Origin: Podospora anserina
Taxonomy: Eukaryota
Assembly: GCA_017654855.1 (NCBI GenBank)
Contig: CM030337.1
Coordinates: 434,001-498,000, forward strand
DNA length: 64,000 nt
Reading direction: 5' to 3'
Shown here piece after piece: positions 1-13,552 of this stretch. Below the pieces are notes generated by a model. The model was not told the DNA's origin. It did no database searches and saw nothing but the letters and a program-made list of their open reading frames with translations. A program made the translations under genes and the position numbers. Position 1 is the stretch's first letter, and each line of letters opens with the position of its first letter.

Positions 1-116
1 ACCGTCTCGTTGAGGGGGAGGCGGGCGTCGCCGTGGGAGTAGAGGAGCTGGGCGAGCTCGTTGTGGCCAAAGTTCATCTTGCCGACATTTTTGCCGGCGC
101 GGGCGCGGGGTTCCAT
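1..116 (-). CDS. TAF13: TFIID subunit 13 (5' part; runs off the window start)
   Basis: Minus strand from ATG at 116 reads MEPRARAGKNVGKMNFGHNELAQLLYSHGDARLPLNETV, resembling the N-terminal histone-fold region of fungal TAF13. Not in the ORF track. Confidence 0.8.
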   Translation of the reverse strand, partial: MEPRARAGKNVGKMNFGHNELAQLLYSHGDARLPLNET

Positions 117-711
117 TTTGGGGTTGTTGGAAGGGGAGTTGGCCGCGGCTTGCGAGAATGGGTGGGTGGGTGGTGATTATTGGGAAGGTTAGAATGAGTT
201 GTAGTTCGCGTTTGTGTTGTGAGCTTGTGACGTTGTTGATGGATGGATTTCGAACGCGCGATTGTCTTTTGGTTCAGAATCTTTGTCGACAATCATTGAC
301 AAGTTTATCCTCTTCGGGCGGTCGATATCAGCGATGGAGTAATCTGAACAGCTTCGTCAAAAGTTACAGCTGTTGATGATGATGGAAGAAGGAAGCATCG
401 TCCATCAAGGTCCCCGCAAAAAGTCGTCGTGTGGAGCTCCCAAACGAACGGTTCCAGAACTTCCAGCCGCACATCCCTGCCAGGGGCTCCACCTTCGCCC
501 TGTTTAAAAGTGGGTCTAGACAGGTGGCCTGAGCTTGTCAGGACACGACACGGGGGTCACTTTGGCTTCAATTCAGAGGTGATGACATCTTTATTTCTGG
601 CAGGCAACTCACAGCGTACTTCACACATACCATCTCGCAACACCAAATCACCCCAATACTGTATCAAACCATAAAAATCTGAAGACAATCGATAAGAATA
701 AAACCGACAAA

Positions 712-1101
712 ATGGTATATTTCATTCCATGTCTTGTTGCGACATAAGAGTAAAAGCTAATGATGGTGAACAGTCCGCCCTTTTCAACCTCCAGTCACTC
801 CTCCTTGTAATCCTCCTCCTAATCTGGTACTTTCACCCCTCACTTTCACCGTCCTATAGGATGCTCATACTAACTCACGACAAAGCACATGCGCCCACGT
901 CCACCAAATCTTCCCCGCCATCCTCGACAGAAACAAGACCGGCCTTATGGGTGTCTTTTGGAAGTCAGCCAGGATCGGTGAGAGACTGAGCCCGTACATG
1001 AGTTTGTGGTGTCTCTTCATGGCTGTGAGTCAAAATCGTGCTCTTTTACAGTTATGGCGTGTGCTAATGAGGAACAGGGCTCCATCTTCCTCAGCTCTTA
1101 A
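712..1101 (+). CDS. KSH1: Kish/TMEM167-family small Golgi membrane protein, 4 exons (712-714, 774-826, 886-1024, 1078-1101)
   Basis: Three GT-AG introns with CTAAY branch sites. Spliced product [72 protein letters not shown] has the Kish signature [14 protein letters not shown]. Confidence 0.92.
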
Positions 1102-4100
1102 ACTAGCTTTGATGGGAGGAAAACAGATTGGTGGTTTAGGTATATAATAATTGCCTTTGGTTTGGCGATTTCACGGCGTTGGGTTTTGGTTTCTTCTTAC
1201 ACAACACTTACACCAAGCAGTAATGAGACAGTGGTGGATATGCGGTGGGGAGACCGGTTGTTTGCCTTGCGCAGGCATGATGATGAGGACAAGATCATCA
1301 AAAGAGAAAACTAATTTAACATTTCTCAACAACCAATTCCCAGACTCTTTCACGTTTATGCCGGCTCTAGGATATTTGTTTCTTGTTTCTTCACGATAGT
1401 TGTGGGTTGGCTTCCTTCAACGGTATGCGTCTTAGGTGGCCTTCTGGAACTGGACAGGACATAACGACAATGTCAGATAGGAAAATGAGATGGGCCTCAC
1501 CAACACCGGCCATCTACACTCATATGATAGAAATGGAGGGGAGTGTACATAAGCGAGGCCTCTCCACCATCTTCCCCAGACCAACGATCGCCAATCCGTT
1601 TTGCTGGCCTTTCCGAGCTTCTCAAAGCAAAAAGCCACATATGTTGTTTGTTTCCTGTGCAGGGACAAAAATTATCTTGTTAGACAGAGCGGTCAATGCC
1701 CGTCGGCCGCTTGGCCACCTTCTCGGGCTCCATCCGGAGAATTCTCCCACAAAGTGGCGGCCAGGAATATGGCCCGTTGAGATTCTCGAAGGAAACACGG
1801 GTAGGAGACCGAGTTTGCGGCCATGGGGTTTGGGGATTTTTTCCAGATGAAAACTTGAAATCGGCCTGATGATTGGGTCGAGGGACGAGTCCGAAGTTGT
1901 GACTTGGGCCGTGGTGATGTGACGGGTGGTCGGGATAGTAGGTCCACGGGTTGATAGTGAACAGTCTTGCGAGAACTCGGTACCAGGTTGGGAGGTGTGC
2001 TCGGTTCGAAGTATCATGGCAAACATTGGGGGCTGAAGACTGGGAATTGAGCAAACTGCATAAAATTGTTTCTGAACTGCAAAATTCAGGACTCATTTCT
2101 GCATGTGATTGAGCTCGTGGTGCTGGTGGTTAGCATCTCCTACCACCATCTATCTGGCTTGGGTGGCCTCGACATTTGGCCTCAGCCTTGGAAAATCTCA
2201 TCACATCCAGGCCTCTACACCATCATTTTGATATGACCTTTCTCTTCACCCAAAGATCCTCGCAGCGTCTTCACCCCTCTCTCCGTCCCGTCCTGCCTAC
2301 CAGCAGCAACGCAATGCAGCTTGCGTAGTAGTTTGCTCCTCACCAGTAAGTCACCACCCTTTCACCTAGCAGATGTCATCATTCAACCCGCAACCCTCGA
2401 TCATGTAGTCCGCGCACAAACAGTCGCTACCAACACAGCGGTAGCCCGTGAACATAGGAACCCCCCCCTCACCCCCAGAGCCATGTCGTAGCCACCCTGC
2501 AAGTACCCATCTCGATCACTTTTACCAGAGTAAGGGAACTTTGAGCTCGATATCAACTTCCTCATGCGAGCACCCATCTTGATCACCCCCTCCTTCCCCG
2601 CTCTGGTAAGGTACCTAGTCAGCTTTGATAAACCCCCGGGGCTATTCAGAGATATCGACTGCTAAACTGCCGTCTCCCGAAAGATAGATACAACCAACTA
2701 CCTTGGCTGCAAGCTCAACTCTGAGCAGACGCAACGGCTATATGCATCGCAGGAACAAGGAAAAGCAACACGTCCCACTCAGAAACGCCCCAGGCAATGC
2801 CAAAACAAGTTACCTACCTATCCCGCGTCAAGAATTTGTCTGGTTCTCTAAACGAGAATACCTGTAGTTGTCGCCCCAGCATTCAGGTCTACCAAAGGTG
2901 AAGAGACGTAAGTAGTGGTGTTGTCTCGTTTCAACTTCCACACCCCATGTATTACACTAGGTAATCCTTTTCCACATACGGTTCACAGTTCGGTTGCATA
3001 ACTACCTTCCCTAACATGAAACCTTGTAGTTCTGCGCGGATGATCTCCCGGCGCGTCTGACCTTGGTCTGACATGGGAACAACGAAAAGAAAGAAAAAAC
3101 GTGTCGGTGCCGTTGCGGTGTCCACCGACCCCCCCGACTCCGCCCCCGGCGGCATGTCCGGATTGCGGGGCCGGGGATAGTCATGCGGGGTCCATAAATT
3201 CGAGGGCAGAAAAAGCAATGAGAATGGTAAGGTCATGAATATTTGTGCCTCTCCATGGTTATCATATATTTGTGCATGGTTGAACTGTTCCGCAGCCGTG
3301 CACTGATCCCAATGAGGCGGTTTGAGAAAGAGAACCCCAGATGCAAAGATTAGGGCTAAAAGGGTCCGAGGTGTGTGTGTGCGGATGGGTGGGGGGTGAG
3401 TGGTGGTGGATCGGCCCGGGGGTGGGGAGAAGGGGGGTGAGTTTTGACCCTCGCCGAACACTTCACCTCACATGGACAGGTTGAACCCAACAAGCTCGCC
3501 TCAAACTTGACCAAAAAAAAACATGGTAAAAGCCTGAAGCAAAAATCTGTGCGTAAGCAGAAAACAAGTGTTTCCAGTAAAAGCTGAATGAATGGCATAA
3601 CAGTTGCCGGCTTGGCTTTGTGTGAAGTTGTATTGCAATGTCTTGTGTTGGATTCGAGGTCTGGTTTCCTTTGGTATCAGAATTGGTATGTACTTTTTTT
3701 TCTCTCCAATTCTTGTCTCTAGAACATCCAAGTTCCACCGGATGGGTAGGTGATTGGACTTGTCTAGACGTTTGGCCCCAACCCCGCTCGATCATTTCTG
3801 TGATCAGACACACCCACGGTGGTGTCTTAGGTAGACAGAAGGCATATCTTCGATGGCGGGGGGTGTAATTGATCGAACAAATCCAGAAGCAGATCTACCT
3901 CGGGCCGCATTGTTGGGCTTATTATCACTTGTAGTAAAAAGCCATCCGGTCCTATCAAATCTTTCAGCCGCCTCGAAAAAAAAAAGCGTTAGCTATCATT
4001 GCTATTCGGATGGCTATGACTCGTGGTCGATCTCCAACAACGTCTGGCCAGAAGAGAGTTGACACCAAGACAACAACGTCTTGTTTGATCAAATTCCTGT

Positions 4101-7100
4101 TTTGCCTTGCTTCAGGCTCCATCTTTCTGACAACGCACTTCGCATCGTCGCATCCGCAGGAAAGCCCTTGGGGTGTGTGACTGGTAACAAGAATGTCCAC
4201 CGACGGTCAGGAAAGACGCAACTTTACACATTAGGGCAAAAAGGTCTGGCTCCAAAAAGGCAGCCCGCATCAAAGTGTGGTGGCACCAGAGAGCTAGGTG
4301 CAGCAAGCATCAAGTATAGTGATTTGTTCTTGTTGTTGCTTTTTAGTGTCTGTGTAGTGACAATGTCGCTGGCCGGTGATGAACGACCGAGCGTTGCCGC
4401 CACTCACCACTGGTCGAGCCTGGGCCTCAGCTTATCGCGTCAGAGGCCGTCTGTTTAGTTTCATGCCGAGCTGCGCTGGAGTTGCATCGCGAGCTGAGTT
4501 GTTGCGCAGCGTGCTTTTTTGGTGAGAAAGCAGATCGTGGATCGTTGCCGGTGGTGGCCAAAAAAGGTTGCATTCTCTTCTTATCACCAGACAATCCCGT
4601 GACCCGTGTCCGCGCGTGGACGACGATGGCGGTGGTGGGCCTTGGCCATCTGGCTACTGACGATCGCAGCTGGCGCCGTTCTGATGAGGTTCTGCATGGC
4701 CAAATGGGTAATTTGAACATGCAGGTAGGCCCCCCCTGGAGAACAACCCCGGACTCCCAATCTCTCCATCCATAACCCAAGACCGGTCCGCCGAATGATG
4801 AAATCGGCAGAACCGGCCTCGTCAAGGCTTGGGAAGATTTGCCAAACTGCGGGTTCGCCATGAGGCCGTGGTTCTGGGATATTTAGGGGGATCCGCCCAC
4901 ATCTGGCAATCTCGAAGCCCGAAGCTGGGCTATCCCGGCGCTGTGGTATCGAGACCAGGGGAAGGGGCGTGTGCAATGTGAGAATTTGACCTTCATCATC
5001 AGACCACGACCGACCGACCACCAGATGACCAGCCCTCCAGTCTCTGGAAGAGGCCACAAGCGAGGCAACAGTAACAACCTACTTATCGGGGCCCATCGCG
5101 GACAAGAAAGAGAGACAGATCATCATGTCCATCGAATGGCAGCCAGGAGGTGTAAGGAGGATGGTGAAAGGGGTCTTCTTCTTGGTGGATGTCGTTTCTT
5201 CTTCACCTTCAGAGGTCCCCGAAGGTGTGCCCCAAAGCGGTTCGAGATTTCAGCTCTGCGGCTGATATCGATTGCTGGATAATATCGAGTGCTCTGTAGG
5301 TCTGGTCTGGTCTAAGCAGTGGAAAAGATTCATTTGAGCTGACAGCTGCTAATGCAAGAAGCAGCCAAACTAATGCAGCAAAGGGGAATTCCAAGCGGGC
5401 ATTGTCCGTCCCATTCGCGGAAATACACACATCGCACCAAGAAAAGAAAGCACTGCCAGGTTTGATCTGATGTCGAAGATGCTGGGGCCCTTTGAGTTGA
5501 AGTGTGGCTGGAAAGCAGCGCGGGATGATCCAGTCGGGCGGGTCGCTTGGTGGTGGTTATTGGGGATGCGACACCATGCTCGATGGAGAAGGCGGTGTCT
5601 CAGATGCCCTGACCTGTGTGTGCTGACCCATCAGCAGGGAGTCAGCACATCAACATCTGCTTTTGGAATTCATCGTGGAACTGCCCTGCTTTTGTAAATG
5701 GATATGGAGGGAAAGCATCACGTGTGATCCTCGGAAACCGCGTGTGGTACGGTCCGGTCCCATTTCTAGTCTCTTCCTTTCTTTTTCTCGGGGGTATCCA
5801 AAGATGAGTCAGTCTGGTTGTCTGGCTGCATATCGAGATGCTTTCGCCGCCCACCTCCTGCAGAACGAAAGCAAGCAAGACGCAGGAGGATGCAGATGGC
5901 AGAAATTTTCTTGCCTGTCCATGTTGACGCCCCCAAAAGGCTTCCAAGCTTCTGCGAGATCTGATGGCTCGTCTTTCCAGAACCACAGCATGTCTCGCCC
6001 TTTTATTATGTCGTTGTCCACGGGCATACCGAACGGCACATGCAATACGAGATTGACCAAAAAGAACGGGCATCGTCCAAGCCAAGGGATGGTCATCGTA
6101 GGTTGAATCGCTCGAAAGGCCAAAAAAAAAAAAAAAAGACTGTCGATCTCTCTTTGATCGAGCCATAACCCCTTGGCTCCGGGGATGGAATGCTTCGTAA
6201 TGGAAAATCCAGATCATTCCATGTTCCGGTCTTATTATTCAATGGTTAAAAGTATGACTGCAGCGTTCCATGGTTATTTCCGCACGGTATAAGAAAAAAA
6301 GTAAAGATATCAGCGCCAGGCCCGGCGTACCAACCTCACCCGGCAGCGAGGCTGGTGTCATGTTCGTCTGTGCTGGGCCGTCCACAGTTGGCGCCAGGCT
6401 TATGTTACCACCACCCACAAGAGCTGCAAGTTGGCCATCTAGTGGACCGCTTCGCTCCGAAAAAGCCTCCGATTGTCGTGGACGATGCTAATCCCATAGC
6501 TTGGCTCCTTGTAGTATGGGATGGGCGAGCAGGGTCGTGGCGGGAGCTATGATGATAGATAGAGCGCCCAAAGGGCTGGCGCCATGTTTATGAAGCTGCA
6601 TTGATTCTGGGGAGGATTAATTCGAGACCGGCGCCAATTGCGGCCCGCCCAAGGGCTGTGTGTGAGAGAGTGTGTGTGCTGCCCTGTGTGATGTGTGACG
6701 GGTGATGGGCAGCGGATGGCAGGATTGATGATGGCCGACGGCCCCTTTTGTTCCAAAAATGCTTGGAGGATGGGGCACTGACCTTACATACCTACCATAC
6801 CGTCCAAGGTGACAGGTTGATAACACCGGAACATGCGATTTCGGTGCCCGTGACTTCAACCTCTGGTCAGCACAGAGGGTACGGCAGAATGTCCCATCCT
6901 TGGTTCGTAATCCACCGGCGATAATGATAATCACTTACAAGAAAACACGGGCCAACGGCGGGGTTGAAGGTCAATGGACGTAGGGCAGAACCCAAGAAGA
7001 TGGAAGGAATGAATCGTGAGGCTCGGCCCAGTGACCGTTGGAAAGAAGCAGAACCAAACCTTGGAGATGTTCCAGAAAACCGACTTCAACGAGCGGGAGG

Positions 7101-8750
7101 TTGTGAAATGGGTTCCGTAGGTTCCGTTTTTGCTTGCCTCGTTATCGCCGGCCCCATCGTTGCAGATCTCGACGACCACGCCTTAAAAAAAATTCAGATC
7201 CGGCTCCCGAGGTTGGAGGCTGGTGGTAACCTTGAGGCTGGCATGTCGCTCATTGCTGGGCCTGACGACACATGTTCCGACTGTGACTGACTCTTCATGA
7301 TGAAGCATCGCAGGTCGCAAGCCATCGAGGGCGGTGCCTGCTGCCGATGCCCACTGCTGCCCGCTGCTGCCCATGGGAAATACCATCCGCCTCCTCCTCG
7401 GCCGGGAAGGCACAGACCAGAGAGTCAACGCCAAGGAACCAGGGGGGGCGTGTGATTATCACACCAAAATGTGCTTTGAATGCCAGGATGCAGCTAGCAC
7501 GCCTGGATACTCCGTTGCGGCACCCTCTGTTTTGGGACAGTGGGAGTGGGCGGTATGGTGTGTGGGCTCAAGTTCCTCCATTTCTCGTCTTTCCGCAATC
7601 CATCCATCCACTCGCTCGCTCCATGCTCCATCTTCGTGTCACTCTTTCACTCACTGTTTCTCCCTCTCCCTTATTTTTTTGTGATCTTTTCTTTTTTTTT
7701 GCCATCCCTCCAACAAAAAGGACGCGCTGTCACACTCACTTTGGCTCGCTTTCTCTCGCTTTTCCCTCTCTCGTGTACTAATCTCATTAATATCACGGCC
7801 GCTGCTCCCACGGCCCCATCTCACTCACCCGTTTGTTTCCTCTCTCGCTCCTTCTTCTCATTATATTTATTACTTCTTCCGTCGTCTTCCCCCCTCCACT
7901 TGTCTGCCTCTTCCGGCCGCTCGCCATTCACCCCACCAGCTACACCACTGGCACATATAGACAGACATTTCATTGTCGTGGTGCATGCTGTTGCAGCACT
8001 GAGAATCCCCGAAACTGATACAACTCCGACACCGCCCAGCAAAGCAGTCTGACCCAACACCAACAACCGCCACCGCCTCACACTCACCTCCTCCTGTGTG
8101 GCCCACTGGCTGTGCTGTGCTGTGCTGCGACACCACGACATAGTAAATTCATAGAGCGCAAGCTTGCGTGTGGAATTAGAACCGAGTGCAAGGAATATAG
8201 AGAAAGGAAGAGAGAACAACCCCTGGATCACGACGAGGTCGAATCGGCTTCTCCCATCGCTGTCCAGGAAGACCACTTGAGAAACTAGGAAACTTGCAGG
8301 TTAGCCGACACTTTTCCCTTCCCCCTTTTGGTTCCGCTTCACCTTCGTACAATCAAGGACTTGGACCTGTACACAACCGTATCCCGCTGCTACAGTGCTC
8401 CGTCGAGGGTCCTCTCCTGTTCCGACCAACAGCGCGGCCGTGGCTACATTGCTTCATGCACGCTCCCGATCTCACGAGACCTCGTCTTCCATGGAGACTG
8501 TGTTGCCCACTGCTTTGTTTGCCTGCTCTCCACGCTCCCTGCACCTTTTCCCCATTTCTTTTCCCACTTGATTGCGTCGACGCCGTTGGATTCATGCTGA
8601 CCCGCTCCCAAGTTAATAGATATATAAAAGCTGCGGCCTCTGCCCCACGTTGTCATTGCTCCTAGAAACGGGGCTTGATCTGATCGGAATTTTACGACAA
8701 ATTCACCCAGCCCACAGATACATAAGGTCGTGGCTGTCAACAGTTGGAAA

Positions 8751-10805
8751 ATGGGCGAACAACGTGCCGGAGGAGGACTCGAAAGCCACATGCCTACCCA
8801 TAGGAGAAACGATTCGGCCACGGGCGAGGAGCCCATGCCAGACGCCCCCTCGGAAACCCGTGCGCCGCCAGCAGAGCCTGAAGTCCAGCCATCACTGAGG
8901 GAAGTCCCTCCTGCTCAGGATCTGCCCCGTGGGACACAGGATATCAACGCCAATGGGTCACTTGCCACACCAGTAGTCGGTCGTCCTTCGCCTGGACTGT
9001 CTAGAAACCCGTCCTCCTGCTCAACCAACTCCAACGAGAAGGTCAATGCCGAATATCTAACCGAAGGCCCCAACCGGAGACCGCCACCCACCCGTCGCTC
9101 CTCACCACAACCCGCGCGCCCGCTCGAGCCACCAGTAACCAAGAGCACGTTAAGCGAACTCGATGTCACCAAGATAATACACAATCCCAAGCTCAGGCAT
9201 GATATCAACTATGATCCCGAGCTCCATTTCCGCCCCAACTTGGACGGTGAAAAAGGGAGGAGAAAACAGGAGAAGGCCAATCAGTTTTGGAATGCGCTGC
9301 TGGACCAGCTGATTCTGTTTGTGATGGACCGGGAAACCTTCATGAGCAGGTATGCTGATGGGAAATGGTGCCTCCCGGCACTCCTCACTGCGGTTCGGGA
9401 CATCATCGAGACATTGGTACCGCAGCGGGAGCGGGAACTCCTGAACGAAGGGCTGAATGTGGATCTCCTGATGCAGCAGTTCAACCGTGGCGTTGCCGAT
9501 CTCGAGGCCCTAGCATCGTGGCTATCGGCTGTTTTGAAGCTGCACTGTGCTCCGATGCGCGACGAATGGGTGGATGAGATGTACCAGGAGCTCAGCAACG
9601 GGAACCGCAACAACGATCCAGCCGAGCTTGTAAAGGGTATGAGGAGTTTGCTGAGTGTCTTGGAGGCCATGAAGTTGGATGTTGCCAACCACCAGATACG
9701 ATGCCTGCGTCCGGTGTTGATCGAGGACACTGTGCACTTTGAGCAGCGCTTCTTTATGAAGAAGATCCAGTCCAGAAAGCTCAGCGTATTACCGGCCAGG
9801 GAATGGTACAAGGCTGCTCAGAGCAACGCCGAACGGATATATCAGCACTCGCCCATGCCTCATGCGCAAGCCTTTGGCAACATGTCCGTCTTTTTCGATG
9901 CTCTTTCCCGACTCGTCCTTCCTACCACCCGGTCAGAGACCACGCCTTGCACATTTGTCTTTGATGAAGACCGCCTTCTCAAGCTACGCTCCGACATGTA
10001 CGACAGCATCTGCTTGGAGATTTGCATGCGCAAGTTCGAGGACTTGGACCGTCTTTCCAAGATCACTCATCTGTCCACCAGGGTACCATCATATGTCCGC
10101 GAGGAAGGGGCTCTGAGCAATCGGTCATCGGGCGAGTTCGTCTTTGTGTCTTCTCGGCCTTCGAGTTTTGTCTTTAGCGACCGGGGATCTACCTTCTCGT
10201 CGCCTCGCAACTCGGGCGAGTTGTGCGCTCAACCAAGCATGGACTTTGCCGGGTCCCGGACCAAGGCTCTTGACCTGTACAACTCGCTTCTTGCGCTTCT
10301 TCACACGGCACCCCCCGCCAACACCTCCAGAGAGAAGTGGAGAGGTCTTGCCGACTCGGTTGCCCTCCAGATCTTGCGCTACGTCAATGCGCCACCATCC
10401 CTTCCCGGATTCGAGGACCAGATCCGGAATGCCGTGACAAATATCGAGGAGGAACTCTTCCAGGAGGTTGAAGCGCAGTTCCAGCAACGATTGCTCGCCG
10501 AGCTGGCCAAGCGGGTCAACGAGTTCAAGCACATGTCTGCTGTCTCGCTCTTCTCTGTCGCCACTGGCGGTCGCATCATGGGAGCCAACCGTCCCAGCGA
10601 ATCATTGCGCGATCGCAACAATGGCTTGTTTGGCGAGAGGGCCCCCCGCGATCCCCGCGAGGAAGCTGGCATCGACGACATGGCCGTCCGCCTGGCGCAT
10701 CTTGGTGTTCTTCATTGGAGGGTTTGGGCCCTGCTGGCGTACGAAGACTCGATTGAGGAAGAGATGATTGATGCCGCTGCTGTCCCAGTTTTTGAGGCAA
10801 CGTGA
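8751..10805 (+). CDS. SOK1: SOK1 / T-complex 11 domain protein (cAMP-PKA signalling)
   Basis: Single long ORF with PPVTKSTLSELDVTKIIHNPKLRHDINYDPELHFRPNLDG, LKLHCAPMRD and LEAMKLDVANHQIR motifs of the Tcp11/Sok1 family. First true ATG is at 8751 (the track starts at GTG 8730). Confidence 0.9.
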   Translation: MGEQRAGGGLESHMPTHRRNDSATGEEPMPDAPSETRAPPAEPEVQPSLREVPPAQDLPRGTQDINANGSLATPVVGRPSPGLSRNPSSCSTNSNEKVNAEYLTEGPNRRPPPTRRSSPQPARPLEPPVTKSTLSELDVTKIIHNPKLRHDINYDPELHFRPNLDGEKGRRKQEKANQFWNALLDQLILFVMDRETFMSRYADGKWCLPALLTAVRDIIETLVPQRERELLNEGLNVDLLMQQFNRGVADLEALASWLSAVLKLHCAPMRDEWVDEMYQELSNGNRNNDPAELVKGMRSLLSVLEAMKLDVANHQIRCLRPVLIEDTVHFEQRFFMKKIQSRKLSVLPAREWYKAAQSNAERIYQHSPMPHAQAFGNMSVFFDALSRLVLPTTRSETTPCTFVFDEDRLLKLRSDMYDSICLEICMRKFEDLDRLSKITHLSTRVPSYVREEGALSNRSSGEFVFVSSRPSSFVFSDRGSTFSSPRNSGELCAQPSMDFAGSRTKALDLYNSLLALLHTAPPANTSREKWRGLADSVALQILRYVNAPPSLPGFEDQIRNAVTNIEEELFQEVEAQFQQRLLAELAKRVNEFKHMSAVSLFSVATGGRIMGANRPSESLRDRNNGLFGERAPRDPREEAGIDDMAVRLAHLGVLHWRVWALLAYEDSIEEEMIDAAAVPVFEAT

Positions 10806-10910
10806 GAAGCCGCCTAAAGATTTCCCGAGTGGTTCTTGTTCGACAAACTCTACTATTACATTTTTTAATGGATTGCCCACAACAAATCCTGCTCCATCGT
10901 TTTCGACACC

Positions 10911-10941
<31 letters not shown>

Positions 10942-11437
10942 GGGTTTTCCATTTACATCTCATCACTCTCTCCCTCGCTCTGTTGTTTTTTCTTCTGTTG
11001 TTTCTCTTGTGGAAAAAAATCGGTATACCCCCTCTATCTTATCGAAGTTTAATTTGCATTTCTTTTCTCAAGGTTTTATTTTTCTTCTGCGCATGTCTGC
11101 TTGACATTGTCGTGGAGACCGAGAGTTAAAGATACCGGCGTTTTCTCTATATATATCTATTTTTTTTTTTTTACATACACAGCATTGGAGTTTTTTGTTG
11201 TTGTTTGTTTTTGACTTTTATGTTTTTTTGCTTTGTTGTCTTGGATTTTGGCAGTCTGTTACAAGTTGAGGGGAATGTGGTTGGTGGTTGGTGACAAAAG
11301 CAAAGAGTTCTTTTTTGTTGATCCCCATCACTCTTTCGAGACTGTTGTTGGTGTGTGTGGTAGTGGGTTGGGAGGATATGTTTTGTGTTTTTTTGGGGGG
11401 GAGGTGGGAGGGGCAAGGGAATGGGAAGCAAAGATAC

Positions 11438-11486
11438 CGTTGTTGTTGTTGTTGTTGTTGTTGTTGTGGTTGTTATTGTCGTTGTT
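11438..11486. repeat. (GTT)n microsatellite in a low-complexity region downstream of SOK1
   Basis: About 9 perfect GTT units followed by degenerate units; a poly-T run of about 25 nt lies at 10911-10935. Confidence 0.85.
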
Positions 11487-13552
11487 CTGCTTGTTTGTGT
11501 TGCGTTGCGTGTGTTGCACGTGTGGGTGTGTGTGTTACTCTGGAGTTGGGAGGAAGGAAAGAAGAAAAAGGGGAGGTGTTTGGGAGGGATAGCATATCGC
11601 CGATTGCAGGTCATTTCGCATAGCAGAGAGCATAGCCCAAGGGGATAAAGAGAAAGAAGGAAAAATAAAGAAAGAGAAATTAGACGTTGTTTACCACTCA
11701 CTGGGATTTTTGTACACTTGGGTGCCAGCGAGACACAGATCTTTGACATGACACTGAGATTAACGGGTTTGACTTTCACAGAGACCGATCACACAAACAC
11801 AGACACAGTTGATTGCACCGCAACCACCAAGGTTAGCAGCAACCCCAACCCAAATGGCGAGCAAGCAAGCAAGCACAGAGGTAAGACAGCTAGCAGCAAG
11901 CAGTCTTTTTCCCAATCTGGACCGCCGAACAACTTTTCACCATCTTTGCATATGAGTTCAAGACCACGCCACTCCTTTTAGAAGAGACAACCCCCCGGAT
12001 ATGACAGTTTGGTTGCTTGGTAAACCTGGGGGGTGAAACACAGACAAATGTCACTGTCAGAAGGGGCGGTGAGGCGTCAGTGAGGAGAAGAAGAATGGAA
12101 GGCTTCTAGAAAGCAGGGGAGGAAGAGATTGTAATGATGCGCGTGGAGACTTTTTGTTTCGAGAATGGGGTGGCGGAAACTCACTCCGCCATGTTTTGGG
12201 GATGGTGGTCAAGTGGGTTGGGTTAGGTGTATGGGGGAGTGAAGATTGTGAAACAAAGGGGGTGGTGAGGTAACAAGTCGTCGGTGCTCGGTGGTGGTGG
12301 TGGTGGTGGTGGCCGGGTCTGTGGGTTTTGGGTGGTGGTGTCATTGCGGTTATGAAGTACAATGTGCACTTTCAGATGAGATGTCTAGGTTTTCATAAGA
12401 AACAAAATTATTTGTCGTTTGATTCATGCGAAACTGCAGATACTATCGGATGGATGGTGGATTGGGGAATTAGGAGACGAGCTGTCTGCGGGAGAAGGTT
12501 TCTGGAAGGGTACCGAAACCAACCAACCCCTGGATCTTACCAATTGGGATACCTTGAAAAAAACCGCATATTGATCGGGCATCGACCAAGGTGCGGGTGA
12601 TATCCTGCGTTCAATGTGAGATATTTACAATCATTCAATGATCAGAGGTTTCCCCCCCATCAACAGCCTCGTTTTCAGCTTTCCCTCAAGGGAGGGGTGG
12701 CCCTAACAGTTCCCCAACACCCAAAAACGCCCATTGCCTGTTCCTGCCTTTCCGCCTTCTCCCTTTGGATCATGACTCCTGATTTGGATCGATACCTACG
12801 CCCGGTTTCTATATCTCCCTCAACCAACAAACGCGGAGGTGGCTTTCACACAGTCCGCAGCCCGGTGCGTGTGTGCGGGAGAAGTAGGTTTGGATGCAGG
12901 TCCCGTCACACAACCGATCATCGGCATCGGGGCTGTCGGTATCGAAGAATTCGTGGGGGAGCCGATCATTACAGCATCATAAAATGTATTAATGGTGGTG
13001 CGCCGGACACGGGAGGAACGGGATCCTACACACCACCAAAAACGCCCCGAACATCGTGATTTGAAATAGTTCATCCTCGATCGTCGCCTTGGTCACCTCT
13101 TCTGTCTGGCGAGGCTGGCTAGGCTCGAGGATCTCATTGGCCAATCCCCGCGAGGAGGGAATATCTCTCATATCTTCAAGGCCAATGTACCTTAGACGTC
13201 TTACGCCCACAACACCCATCGGTGTTGTCATGACCACCTGAATCTCGGTGATGATCGCGAAGAAGTGAGGCGGGCCGGGCAACCAACTAACTCATCAGCA
13301 TATTGCTCGTGACCACGCCCAACGCCCAAGAGAAGAGAGATGAATCCGCCCTCGGCGGTCCAAGACTTCAATTTCTGGTCAAACACAAGAAAAGCAATGC
13401 ACAACTCAAACAGGCTAACAAAAAAACTCGTTGTAGTATGCACATCAGCGCCCGCCTGCCTAATACAGTTACAATCCGTCCGTCCATCTCATCCATCATC
13501 AACCCTAACTATACAGAGAGAAAGAGTCCCAAAACAAAAGGAAAAAAACACT

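Noticed and set aside
11171-11779. ORFs with poly-T/N/V/C/L runs
   Set aside because: Translation artefacts of microsatellites.
12820-13282. Short minus-strand ORFs downstream of VPH1
   Set aside because: No recognisable motif or consistent splice model; a small orphan cannot be excluded.
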